Part shown: positions 34,369 to 47,200 of the stretch, one piece after another
Position numbering within the stretch: the stretch's first letter is position 1
Layout of the letters: each line of letters starts with the position of its first letter
DNA from: Trichoplax sp. H2
Taxonomy: Eukaryota
DNA: 64,000 nt
Assembly: GCA_003344405.1 (NCBI GenBank)
Contig: NOWV01000104.1
Location: forward strand, 62,001 to 126,000
Reading direction: 5' to 3'
Translations under genes and position numbers: made by a program
The notes under the pieces: generated by a model
What the model saw: the letters and a program-made list of their open reading frames with translations, nothing else
Told to the model about the DNA's origin: nothing
Databases searched by the model: none

Positions 34369-36851
34369 ATGGCTTTAGCACCGAGTAATCCTTCAAATCC
34401 TATTGTTTTCTTCGATATTTCTATTGGTGGTCAGGTAAAAGTGACGGCTTTGAATTATCATAATTTATGAATTCTGCATTTTGTATGACTGTTTTAACGA
34501 GGCCAGTTATTTGCTAGAAATTGATTTCAACGTACTTTAGGTAGTATATGAGATCGTTATTTATTATTAAGAATTATAGCTAGCATGTGCAGCAAGATTT
34601 TATACCATCTTCTCATCAGGCTATGATAAGATCAGTCGAATAGAAGATTGTATCGTCATGTCCTTAAACATGTACTGTACTGTACAAGTATACGTATATT
34701 CGTTCTACGAGTATTTCAATAATAATTCTAAATTCTCAATACTCAATTTAACATGGAACAGTATTTGAAATTGGTAATTTGTAACAATATTGTGACCAAT
34801 GTTAACGAGTTCTTTTTATTGCGCACTTCAGCCCGATCCATACTTTGCAAATATTACTATTGCATGCTATCATTTCATCATTAATGTATACGGCAGAGTA
34901 AAGTACTCTAACTGTTAACAGAGCGATCACCAGCACAGAGGAGTGCAGCAGTACCTAGATAGTAACACCGTCATTTTCATATTAATGCGTAATAGGATTA
35001 CCCTGTCCGCCACCGAAGATAGCGTTATCGTCAACCATAATTTTAAAATAGCTTTTCAAACTTCTACTTTAAAGTTACAGAGTTAGTTTAAACTGCAATA
35101 TAAAATCCTATCGATGACTAAATCTGTAAATCATGCGTGTTGGTAAATAAATAATATCTTCTCAAATTTGGGAGAAAATCTAGGTATAGTTTCTCGTTAT
35201 AAAAATTTTCTATGCATACATTTAGGAAGTAGGTAGAATGAAGATGGAACTATTTGCTGATGCTGTACCGAAAACAGCAGAAAATTTTAGGTTCGTTAAC
35301 CTAGCAGTAATCAAATTTCTCTTCAAAAATTTAATGTTATCAAATTTTAAGAGCTAATAGTTAAATTGAGTTTGATCTGTAACTTGCTTCCCTTAACATA
35401 ATATTTCTTAATGGATATTTGTTGTTGCAGGCAATTTTGTACAGGAGAATACAGGTAAAGTAATATTTGAAAGATTGCTACATAACTAATTTTGATGATC
35501 GTTAAGCTTTTACCTCGCGAGCATGCAATCCTAATATTTTAGTGATTCTTCAAACTCAATCTTTTAGGACTGCAGGTGTCCCTGTTGGTTATAAAGAATG
35601 CCAATTTCACAGGTATGAAATTGTGTATAAAATGCTCCCATATGCAATAAACTTTTAGCTGAGTCTACTAAAAATCTATGGGTGTTGTAGGTATTTATGC
35701 CTATTTTATCGTACTAACAAAGCTAGCATATAAAATATTTTTAATGTAACATGCATTCTTACTTTAATTATTGATAATAGAGTTATTAAAGATTTTATGG
35801 TTCAAGGTGGCGACTTTGTCAAGGTATGTAAGCTATCATAATTATGCAACCAGTTATAATCAGTTTCATAAGTAGTACATGATTTGAATGAATTAATTCT
35901 AGATTTGATCGTATATGAGCATTATAATTTGACACCTTAATACTATTCGATCATATAATATGGTGCTAATATATTAGGGAGATGGAACTGGCGTCTTCAG
36001 CATCTACAACGAAACTAACTTTAAAGATGAAAACTTTGAGCATAAGCATGTCTCCGCAGGCATACTTTCCATGGCAAGTTCAAAGCATATTTAGCTGATT
36101 TGAAATAGTTTAACAATAATAGTTCTGCTCCTGCAATATTAGACGTACGACGCTCTATAATATTGACTCTTTCCCAATATTTGACAATATTTCCTTTTAT
36201 GATAGGCTAACAGTGGTCCCGGTACTAATGGCTGTCAGGTAGTAATACCGTATGCTTAGTTGGTTGCGCTTGCTATTGATTAATTACTTCATAGAGCGAT
36301 TTAGCTTAACCTTTTCTAAAATTATAAATATAATCTGTTTTTAGTTCTTTATAACTTGTACGAAATGTGAATTCTTGGATGGAAAGCACGTTGTTTTCGG
36401 TAATAAATCTTTATGAGTGATGTGTGTAATATTATCACAGTGCTCTAGTGATATCATTATTTAACATTCAGAGATAGTAGCATGAATTATAAGTTAGTAC
36501 TGTATCACAAGCTACATGTACATTATGAGTGCCTGATCATCTTAATATACTTCTCCTATTAGGACGTGTTCTAGATGGTATGCTAATACTAAGAAAAATT
36601 GAGGTATGTATTTTCACTCTTTATAAGATAAATTGTCGTATTTATAATATTGATTTCTAGTAAATGGACTCATCATTAATCGTGGCTATCCTAGAATAGA
36701 ATATTTGTTTACTTTCGTTTTTTTCGTGCTTCGAATTTTAATCTATATTTGCATCTGATCATGTAACAACATATTGTTACAGAATGTTCCAACGGGTCCG
36801 AATAACAGACCAAAGTTACCGGTAGTTATTACCCAATGCGGCGAAATGTAA
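34369..36851 (+). CDS. PPIH: Peptidyl-prolyl isomerase H (U4/U6 snRNP cyclophilin)
   Basis: 10 exons give [43 protein letters not shown]|..[30 protein letters not shown]...[67 protein letters not shown]. Confidence 0.95.
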
Positions 36852-37385
36852 ACTTATGACGAAAATGTATTTATCTCCGTTTTCTACAACTTCGATTTCA
36901 CTATCTCTGCCTATGCAGGTTTCTTAGTCTTCCTTAAAATATTTCAAATTATGCACCATTCTTAATTGTGTTCTTACTCCTGTATATTACGCGATCCTAT
37001 TATGATTGCATTTTGTATACCTTGAATTGATTCTTCCAAGTATTACCGATAAAGCCATTAAAATAAATAACAATTACATCACAGGCATTTTCAATTTTTT
37101 ATTGACTCAAAATACATAAATATTATTCGAAGCCGATACCACCTTCACGGCAATTCTACAGATCATATTTTAATACAGTGCAAGGACGAGACTGGAGGAA
37201 AATCTGTAGGCCATAATCATACTATATACAAATATTTATATCGATCAAGTTCGTAAGGCGCTACAAATCCGTTAAAGATTTAGGAAGTTAATCCTGTATA
37301 CTAGTGGTATAGTGTACACAATAATTGACTGGTAAAATGAAAGACTGGCGACGGGATTAAAAAATTAAAGTAACCCGTCTTTGAA

Positions 37386-39661
37386 CTAGTTTAAAGTCCC
37401 TGGTGGAGCAAGTTCACCTAAAAATCGCAAACGTTAATTATTAGTTAACAATACAATTAACTACTAAAAGATATGAAATCACCTGGTGGAGGAGGGGGAG
37501 CAAATCCTGGAGGTGGTGGAGGTAAGCCAGGACGCATGTTGGGAAATCCACCAGGAAAACCGGGTGGAGGAGGGGGCGGAAACATGGTCGGTGGTGGCGG
37601 AAGCATTCCACCCATTGGCGGCGGTGGCATTTGCGGCATACTAGGTGGAATTCGTTCCATTACTGGCAACACTGGAGCTACTGGAGGTACTACGGGAGGA
37701 ACTTGCGGGGCAGCACTACCAGTATTACTACTATCCGTAAATGTTGGAGGAGCATCAGCGAAAAGCTGGTGAGGTCTATCCGATTGTACCAGAGGATTTT
37801 GAGCAGCCAATAAACGCTCTATTGCAAACAAAATCATAAATTTAAAACTTTACTGGCAAATATCAATAATTCAATCTTCAACGTGTTAGTGGCTGCGTAG
37901 CAGATTGAAATACCTGCAGCCGAGCCATGGCGTTCGCCCTTTGAATCTTTCTTAAATGCGTATGACACATTTATCGTACGATTGCACAAAAATTGGCCAT
38001 TCATAGCTTCCATAGCAGCATCTGAGGCATCAAAGCTAGCAAAATTTATAAAAGCGAATCCTTTCGATTGTCCAGTTTCCGGATCTCTCATAATCTAGAA
38101 AAAAATTGTCATCATTACGTATGAAAATAAAAAAAGCATCAGCTTGACTAATGAAATACGTTACCTTCGGCGTCTGTAAAATTACACCAAATGCACTGAA
38201 AGTATCATACAGCTGTTTCTCGTCTACTTCTGGATCTAAATTACCAATGAAAACGTTTGCACCAACATCTAAATTCTTATTATGTGCAGAAGCCTGTGAA
38301 AAAAGAGAATAAGATCTTATTTCATTCATAACGCTAATTAGCCCTATTCTCACAAATCTTCAGGAACTGCATCTCCAACACACACAACATAGTATGAACT
38401 TACTTTATTTACTCTTATTGGCTTTCCATATAGCTTAATCATGTTCATTATTTTAATAGCATAATCAGCATCGTCTTCCCCTAAGAACTCGATAAATCCA
38501 TAGCCTTGATGTGCCTGGTTTATTCTGTCTTTTGGCATGTGTACATTGACTGTGTAATAAGGGAATAAATGTCAAGTTGTTGCAATGAGAATAGAGAATA
38601 TAAGATAACAAATACAGTACTACAGTACAATAATAATCTATTACATATACATTCTATTCTAATACTACCTTATAGTACTATAGACGTAAACTGAACAGTT
38701 TCATCCAATAAAAACCAGCTGAATATGACCAACTAACTAATCGAACTGAGTTAGTGTTTTGAGTTTGAAATAAGGACGATCCAATATATAGTACAATTAC
38801 ACTGTTGAAAAGTGCATGAGCAACTGAGCATTCACTACTACTACTACTACTACTACACAGCTACACCGGCTAATATCAAGTTTTAAGATCTTTACTACTA
38901 GGCTTAAAGTAATAGGGATCAATTCAATTATTTTGATCCCGTAATATGTACTTTATTGTGAGCGGTAATAAAACATCGATATACTCTTACGTCAATCCTA
39001 CAGCTGAATGGATTAGCAGAACGTATATAACGTTGATGCTCATAATACTAATTCTAATTATGACAATTTAAAGTTCTCGCCAATTAGCAATAGAGCAGCA
39101 TAATATGTCTGAAAAAGCAACACATTTGATCTAATACAAAAAGAGAACTTCCTTTATAGCTGAAAGGAAAAGAGCAACGATATTTATATCGCTGCCTGAA
39201 TAGTTCATTTATTGACGCTTCACCATGGAGAAGTTTTAATCAAGTATGGTGTCTACTCATGCATAAATGTGATTTATGATTGAAATCTACCTAGAACTTA
39301 TTCACTGCACGTCTATGTAAATATATAACTATTGCGGTAGTTGCATTAACGCATTGAAAGCTATAGGATGAATTGATAAGATGATACTGCAATAAATGGA
39401 ACCTACCGACTGGGCCTGCTTGCAAGAACAATTCCCATAAAAGCGTTTCGGATACTTTTTCATCCAGATTACCGACGTAAATGGTTGCATCTATTCAATA
39501 CAAAGTACGACAGTATCCTTGAGGCGCATTACTTTAAGCATATGCTAGATCAATCTACAGTACGTCTAAATATAAAATGTAATAGGCAGCAGACATGATT
39601 ATTCTTTGCAGGGAAGGTTTTACTAACCTTGATTTCTTTCAGTCACCGGACCAGCAGCCAT
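37386..39661 (-). CDS. SF3B4: Splicing factor 3B subunit 4 (SAP49): two RRMs and a Pro-rich tail
   Basis: [61 protein letters not shown]...[37 protein letters not shown]...|[18 protein letters not shown]...[18 protein letters not shown], then poly-Pro. The last short exon 37386-37417 is inferred. Confidence 0.96.
38835..38855. repeat. (CTA)7 microsatellite in SF3B4 intron 2
   Basis: ctactactactactactacta read directly. Confidence 0.9.
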
Positions 39662-39705
39662 TTTTCCTGTAGGCAAACGCACGATGATCGTCGTTGGAGT
39701 TTTGG

Positions 39706-40125
39706 ATTACAGTGTCAGTACGGTCCTGTAAGATTCAGTATTGCTGTATTGTTCACTGGTATCATTTTTACTGGTTGATGAGCAAGGCCGTTACGCCGGT
39801 CACTGCAACGACAGTACAGTACCATATCAGAGGTCTTTGCTGTACAGTACAGTACTCTACACAGCACAATACTGTACAGTACAATACGGACGAGACTACT
39901 GTACAGTGTACAGTACTGTACTGTACTGTACACTGTATCAGGGCCTCTAAAAAACCAGTACAGTACCAGACGCTCCGTGTACAGTGTACAGTGTACAGTA
40001 CTGTACTGTATGTTGCAAGGTCAACGTGAGTTGTGTAACCATAGAGGTGCGTATGCACAGAGAGGTACTTAGCACGTGCTGAATTGTACCGCTGTACCAG
40101 TAGTGACGATACTGTACTGTACAAT
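39706..40125. promoter_or_regulatory. TACAG/CTGTA cluster upstream of SF3B4
   Basis: Very dense array, e.g. ctactgtacagtgtacagtactgtactgtactgtacactgta (~39897-39938) and tgtacagtgtacagtgtacagtactgtactgta (~39978-40010). Confidence 0.7.
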
Positions 40126-40299
40126 TAAAAGGTTAATAATATTATGAATTCTTGTTATATCAACTGTCAATATATCATCGCTGAAAGTCTGTATTCAACT
40201 TGCCTTTAATAAATAAAACTAGTGGCACCAGAATGAATGCCAAGACCTAATTCCAACAATTGCCATTTTAAGGCTGCAAGAATCTTCTCTGCAAGCACC

Positions 40300-40711
40300 A
40301 TCGGCTAGCCGCTGACTATACTGTACTGTACTATTACTATCATTTGCAACGATTAACATGCAGCAAAGCACTGCTTTTATGTAACCCAACTAAAAGCTCT
40401 ACGGCTACTGGATCAATAATAAAATAATACTTGACTCAACGACTTCATTCCAATGATAGCCTTTTTGAAGACTGCAGTAATGTACTTAGCATGTTATACA
40501 CTTCATAAAATCCTTAATATTAGGACACTTACCAATATACATTGCTGATGATAGATTCAATGTATCGGCTAGCCGCTGACAATGCTATTATAATTCATTA
40601 TTATAATTTGGCACGATGGATGTGCAGCTGAACATTGCGCTGAAAAATTGGGGAGTAACCCAACTAAAAGCTCTAGTGCTACTTGACCAATAATGATATA
40701 ATACTTAACTC
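40300..40711. repeat. Diverged direct repeat, two ~140-bp copies (40300-40437 and 40564-40711)
   Basis: Both copies contain atcggctagccgctgac...gtaacccaactaaaagctcta..gctact.ga.caataat.a.ataatactt.actc. Confidence 0.85.
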
Positions 40712-41291
40712 TGCCAGAAAATTGGGGAAGAATTCACTTTCATTCTTAATTATCCAATATGTCAACGATCTCTAAAGTCACATAGAAGCTAGATTAGACA
40801 GATAGGCATAATGCAGATATAAAGAAAAAAAATTGATAAAACAGTCGATCTTATAATTGTGAAAGCTGTTTGTGCATTATACAGCAGTGACTTGCAATGT
40901 GCACCAATGTTGACGGTAGCCCCATTCCCGTGCCACTGTCGTTATAGTATACGATGAGATTCTGTTGAGGTTTTAAGGCTATCATTGTTTTTTATTAATT
41001 CATTTCATTTAAATATAGGATTACAAGAATAGTACAGTAGGTTTCAAAGCTCAAATATGATATTCATGAATTTTTATAAATTAGAATTAACCTAGCCTGG
41101 TTAAAATGATTTTTCAAGGATTATATAACAGTAGTTATCATTCACTAGATATAACAATCTTTTAGGCTCATGAGATCGAATATCAATATGATAGTAATAC
41201 AGGAGTAGCAAAAATCGCTATAATTTAAAATTGACTTTCTTCAAAACACAAAGTGCCGCTAGCATTTACAACTATAATTGATATAAAATCG

Positions 41292-44200
41292 CTAAAGTGA
41301 GCCATCAAACGAGTCTTTTAGCTTATGTAGGTGATGTTTCAACTTTAATCGATGCCCAGGAGACAATACACCACTATCTTTTAGCACTTGGTGAAATTCG
41401 ATGGGGCTGTAAGCCACAGAAGATTTCCATAACTCGAATAAAGCAATCCCATCAATATCAGCAGCGCGAAACTTCTCATCGTATTGAGCTAAAGTGATTT
41501 CCTGCAACCAATTGACGACGTCATCACAGGACCATTGCAGAAAATTCAAACCTAAAGTAAATAAATAATATCACACATCTTCAACTATGTCCATATTAAT
41601 AGAAATACAGAGTTGATGCTTTTTATGTGCTCGAGCTATTCTAGACAGACTAGACTCTTAAATTATTAAAGTTAATCCTCTTGCGCTTTGCATGCCTACT
41701 AGGCCGGACATAGTCATTAATTTAATATTTTCGTTGCTGGAACTGCAGACTGTATCATTGTTCTTAATTTAATACACAGTGATTGATTGATAAAAATAAA
41801 TCCTAATAGTCGAGGAATAGCATTTAGCGGTACTAACAGTTTTGGTTCTTTACAAAATTAATAAAAATCTAAAAGTACATTTGATAATCTCTAAAAACGG
41901 ATAAACTATTTTAGTAAAGTGCTGATTGGATTATTAAATATGTTTCAGGAAATTTGGTATGCAGCATCAAGTTTTAAAAACAAAATCTTGTCATTATATA
42001 ACCAGTACAACTGTTTTTTTTTTTACTTTATTTGCCTAACCTGATTCATCATTGAATACTTTATTTTTCAGCCCTGAATGCCGCTTATAAATTGTCTCAT
42101 TAAGCGTAGACGAAGGTGAACATGCACTAATTTCGTCTATACAGATTAGTGGAATAGTAGATTGATGATTTAGTGAATCATTTACTGTTGGGCTACATTG
42201 ATCATCCGATAAATGGTTTCCGCTCGGTGACTCGACATCAGAATCGCAACCTAGGGTAAAAGAAACAGGATTCTTCGATATTGTGACGATGCTGTTATTG
42301 ACGGCAATATCGATTTTGGAAATATCTTGCTCACTATGATGGTTATCTTGAGCATCTGGCTCTAATGGTAAGTCATTTGGAGCTTTATCGACTTCTATCT
42401 GTCTATCATCAACATTATCATCCTGGTACTTATTTAAAGTTATCATCGTCCCGTTGCTAACTTTGGTTACAGTTTTAACTGTAGTTGCAGTTAAAGTTAA
42501 TTTATCATCATCCTTTTCGCTATAATATCCATTCAGAAATGAATTAAGAGAGTAAAGTGAATCTCTTGGCGAACGGGATATACTCTCTCGATCGCTGAAC
42601 ATATCAAATGAACTTGGCGGGGATGTTGCAAAATCTGAAGAATTATCATGACTATCAAAATTCGTTTCTTTACCGCTAGTGTCATCTAATCCCTCATACA
42701 TACTATCATCATCATTCGATTGGCTGGTTTTCATTACTTTTGATCGCATCCTTTTTCTCTTTTCTTTAATAGAATTACTTCGATGTCGACTAGATTCATG
42801 TTTACTCGTATGATGATGATGACGACGTTTTTGGTGATGAGACGGTTCTTGATCTTCTTGGATATTATTATCATCGCAAACTTTATCAAGACTACTGCGA
42901 CATTCATCCAAATCTTTGATTGACGTTTCCTCACATTCAGTTTGATTAGTCGTGGAATTAAATTCACTATCTGGATTTTTTGTTTTACCATTCTCGATAT
43001 TTGCTTGTTGAACATCATTATCTAGATCATAATGTGATTTAACGCAAGATGATTCGATGATGGTTTCGTTTTTAAAATTACTCATTTTAACAGAACTATG
43101 ATTATTTTGGATATTCGTTGTTTTTTGCTGCTTGTAATTTCCATCCGACAATTTAGCCGGCAGCGAATCAGATCGACTTAAACTATCGTAATACTTCGAC
43201 ATTAATAGCATTTCTCTCTCGATATTATGTGCTTTTTCTAGTTCAGCATTTGGTGGTGAAATTACAATTTCAACGCTATTAGGTTTACTAACAATTAATT
43301 GATGCCTACGCTGCTCAATATCGTTTTGAATATTCTTATCGTCATGATTATGATTTACCACAAAGCTATCGATATCACAGCTATCGTCAACTGGCAGGGC
43401 ACATTTTCTGATTTTAGATGTTATGTTATACTGACCGATGATATCGTAGCTAGTGAACATTTCTTTGTTAATCTGTGTACAATCGTTAATGTTTAGTCGT
43501 GTTAATGATCGAATTTGACTGCAGATAGGACTATTAACCGTTATTGTATCATTTCCATCCGGTATTAACTTAATAATACATTCTTCTTTAATAATCAACT
43601 TCAATCCATACTCTAGGCAATCTGGGCTTTGAAAATAAGTCACCAACAGAGGTCGATTGCATAAACGTGCATATTCTACTCTTAAACGAAATTTAGACAC
43701 TTCTTCAACTCGACTCGGCATTACCATACAAATAACACCGCAATTTTGAATTGAGTTAACCACTGAAATAAGAAGAAAAGCTTTGCGTTAGTCATTGCTG
43801 TTGAGAATAAATAAGCGATCTATCAAGACTATGGTCGTTTGTAAATATTACCGCATCAATTCAAAGACCTAGGCTATGAAATGAAAGTATAGCATGCTGA
43901 GCTAAATTAATCTAAAACTTTACTAATAAATATTAAGAACGCAAGTAGGAATACTACCAATCTGTGATAAATACTATTAATGGAACGAACGACAAATTAC
44001 AGTAGAAACTGCATTTTGTTGGTAGAGTATTTATGGTAATATTTAAGTCAAAGGGTCGATTAAAATTACCAGTATTAAATGGTAATCTTATTCACTTTAC
44101 ATTGATCATCTCAACAATTATCACTAACTACTGTACATTGCATAATCATTACACAGCATAAAATTCGCTTATCAATATTGTAGATTACAAAAAAAAATTG

Positions 44201-47200
44201 CATAAATACGAGTAATGATGACACTTCCGATATGCTTATATCATAAATAACATAATATTTGCATACTATCTAATATCGTAGAGGTAAAAATATTTTCTCG
44301 GATTTCATAACCACGAGCTTCTAAAAATCGAATAACTTTCAGTATTTTCATATGATCATGCATAGAAAAGGAAAATAATATCCTCTGAGAGCCTGCAACA
44401 GAAGTGATATGACATCTTGAGTAAAAACGTATATATATATTGTATTCTTAGACATGATATAGCAAAAGCAATTAAAGCATTATCACCGGCTGCAAGAAAT
44501 CTTAGCATCAATAGTAAATTTAATGTAAGGCAATATAATTATTCCTCATATCTTTGATCATCTGTCAACTTCTTATAAACGGAAGCAAACCGCTATAACT
44601 CTTAAACTGCAACCAAATTATCTCTTAAGAAATCTATTTAATACTATATAAGGTTACTTCGGTATCTCAAATTTACACGGTTAGTTGTGAAGCCTTAATT
44701 GTATATCGGTACCCTGGCTTGCAATAGCTATAAAATTAGTACCATATATTTTATATACGTACGTTTCTTCTTGATTTCGTATGTATTTTTATCAGGTCGT
44801 TTACATTCATCTTGATATCTTTGCAATTGCTTAACAATTTTCGGTGCATCTTCTACTAAAAATAGATGAATACCGAAATGACCAAGTGACTTTGCTTGAT
44901 CAGCCGCAATAGACCATTTACTTCCATTTTTCGCTTTTAAATTGCTACCGGCCAAAACCAATAGATAGACCATATCAAAATTACTACTTGACGTTGCCAT
45001 AAATAGTGGCGTTATACCATTACGATCGCATAAGTTAACATCGGCACCTTTTAAAATCAAAAATCTAGCCATTTCTTGTTCATCTGATAATAACGTTAAG
45101 TGTAGAGCCGTAGTAATCCTTTTACCTACAGCATTGATGTTGGCACCCTATAACGCAACAAAATTAAAGTAAAGTTAAACCGCAAATATTGCGTTAGCTT
45201 ATTTCTATAACACACATTTGATGAGATATTAAAGGATGACTTACTGAAAAATATGCTACAGTATTTATATTATAAATGAAGTGGCTAGTCATGACGACAA
45301 TGTGATTATTATATTCGTTAATAATTATATATGTATGATGATCAGTATTTTAAAATATTAATAACTCACTTGATCAAGAAGATATTGAACGGTCTCAAAA
45401 TGATTACACATGGCGGCTATTGTTAAAGCTGGATATAGTGGTAATTCCAATTTATCAATTTTCCAATCATCGTGGCTAAAATAACTACTAACTTTGTCAA
45501 TTGGAGTTGATTCGATGTCGACGCCATTGTCTAAACACTTTTGGAGCACTTTCAGATCATTCTCGCAAGCTGCATTGAACCATTTCCTATAGGCTAAGTA
45601 TATAAGATAATTAGCTGTAGGCAAAGTAGAATTGATTCCCTTTACATAGAGATAGCGATTACAAATCCAAAGGACTAATTTATCGCTTTAGATAACCCTA
45701 AACTAGCTATCACAATTCTATGCTTAATCTGATAATTACATCGACTAAAATTAATCTTAAAGTGCATATTAAATCCAATAATGTGTGAAGAGTTCATTCC
45801 ATTGAAATATTTATTTACTTACTTGATGTAGTTGGCTCAGTTGAATCATCATTGCAATCTACCATATCATGAGCAATAAGTGAATTCACGACTTTTTGAT
45901 TATCCAACATTATAGCAATGTCATAAGCACTATAACCTTCTCTGTTTCGAATTTGACAATTAGCGTTATTTTCAATCAGTTCTTCAGCTAAATCGTCGTG
46001 TCCTAGCATAATAGCAAGGCTCAAAGGTGTCTGACCATCAGGACTACACAAGTCAATATCAGCTTCTTTCGCTATAAAATAACGTGCCATTTCCAATTGG
46101 CCCAATAATATTGTGGTGTGTAGTACTCCTAAACCGTCCTTGCTGACAGCATTTATGTCTGCACCCTGTAATTATTATCATAGAAAGAATCAAAATACGT
46201 TCCCTATTATGCTTGAGCAGGTAAAGAAAACGTGTAAAATATTTGTACAGTAATATCAGTAGCAGTGTTTACAAGATACTACATTCAGTAAGTATTATCG
46301 TAAGTTTGGTGCAGGATTTGTATATTACTCGTATCCCTATAAGATACTAGCGAGATGTACTGGCATACCATAGTAACAACACTGTGGATACAGAAGGGTA
46401 ACGCAATAGGAAATTAAATTTTTAATTATATCATGCACCAGCAATATCAAAGTAATACTATTAAATAACCCTTCTAGTCACATCGATGTTTACGGCATTT
46501 ATTAAAAAGCCAGATATACCTAAGTGTAATAATTTTGGTATACTGTATACCGAATAAAACCTTATCAGCAAATGCTGCTAATCTTTTACAGGGGAATACT
46601 AATGAGCAATATCTATAAAAGAAGCCTTGTATGGCTATAAAGTACGCTATTAAGTTTAAATCCATTCTTACGATGGCATAAATGAATTACAAACAATCGT
46701 ACACTTATGAGTGTTTCGTCGAATTAAGTAATTAACAAGGTACATACTTTAATATTATGAGAAAAGATGAATCTGCCAGTTTACAAAGTACTGTAATATG
46801 CCACCGATGTACATACTTACTTAAATTGTTAGATACTGATTGATTAGATCTCTTACAAACTAAAATTAAAATTTTTGATTTACGGCATTTATGGCATTGC
46901 AATATCTCAATCCTAGAATGTTTCCAGTTATTGCGTATAATTCACGGATAATCGATGTAAGCTAGCATTAGGAGAGGTATTTGTATACATAATTCATGTT
47001 TGGCACAATAAATGCAACCATTTCATTAACTTAAATAAAAAAATTAAAATCATGATGTTCTAACAGTAACACTTTTTACCATCTGTAATAGAAACTCGCA
47101 AGCTTCTTGACACCCACAACCTGCAGCTAAGATCAAAGCAGGATTATCGCTATTTTTCCACATCTTGTAACGAAAATTGGGCACTTTATCGCAAACCAAT

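Noticed and set aside
37473-37813. Gly-rich plus-strand ORFs
   Set aside because: Antisense shadow of the SF3B4 poly-Pro exon.
39694-40124. Overlapping ORFs rich in YSTV/VLYC/TVQY in several frames (also 33960-34239, 52635-52934 and 63307-63701)
   Set aside because: By-products of the TACAG/CTGTA islands, which lack stop codons in most frames on both strands; no coding signature.
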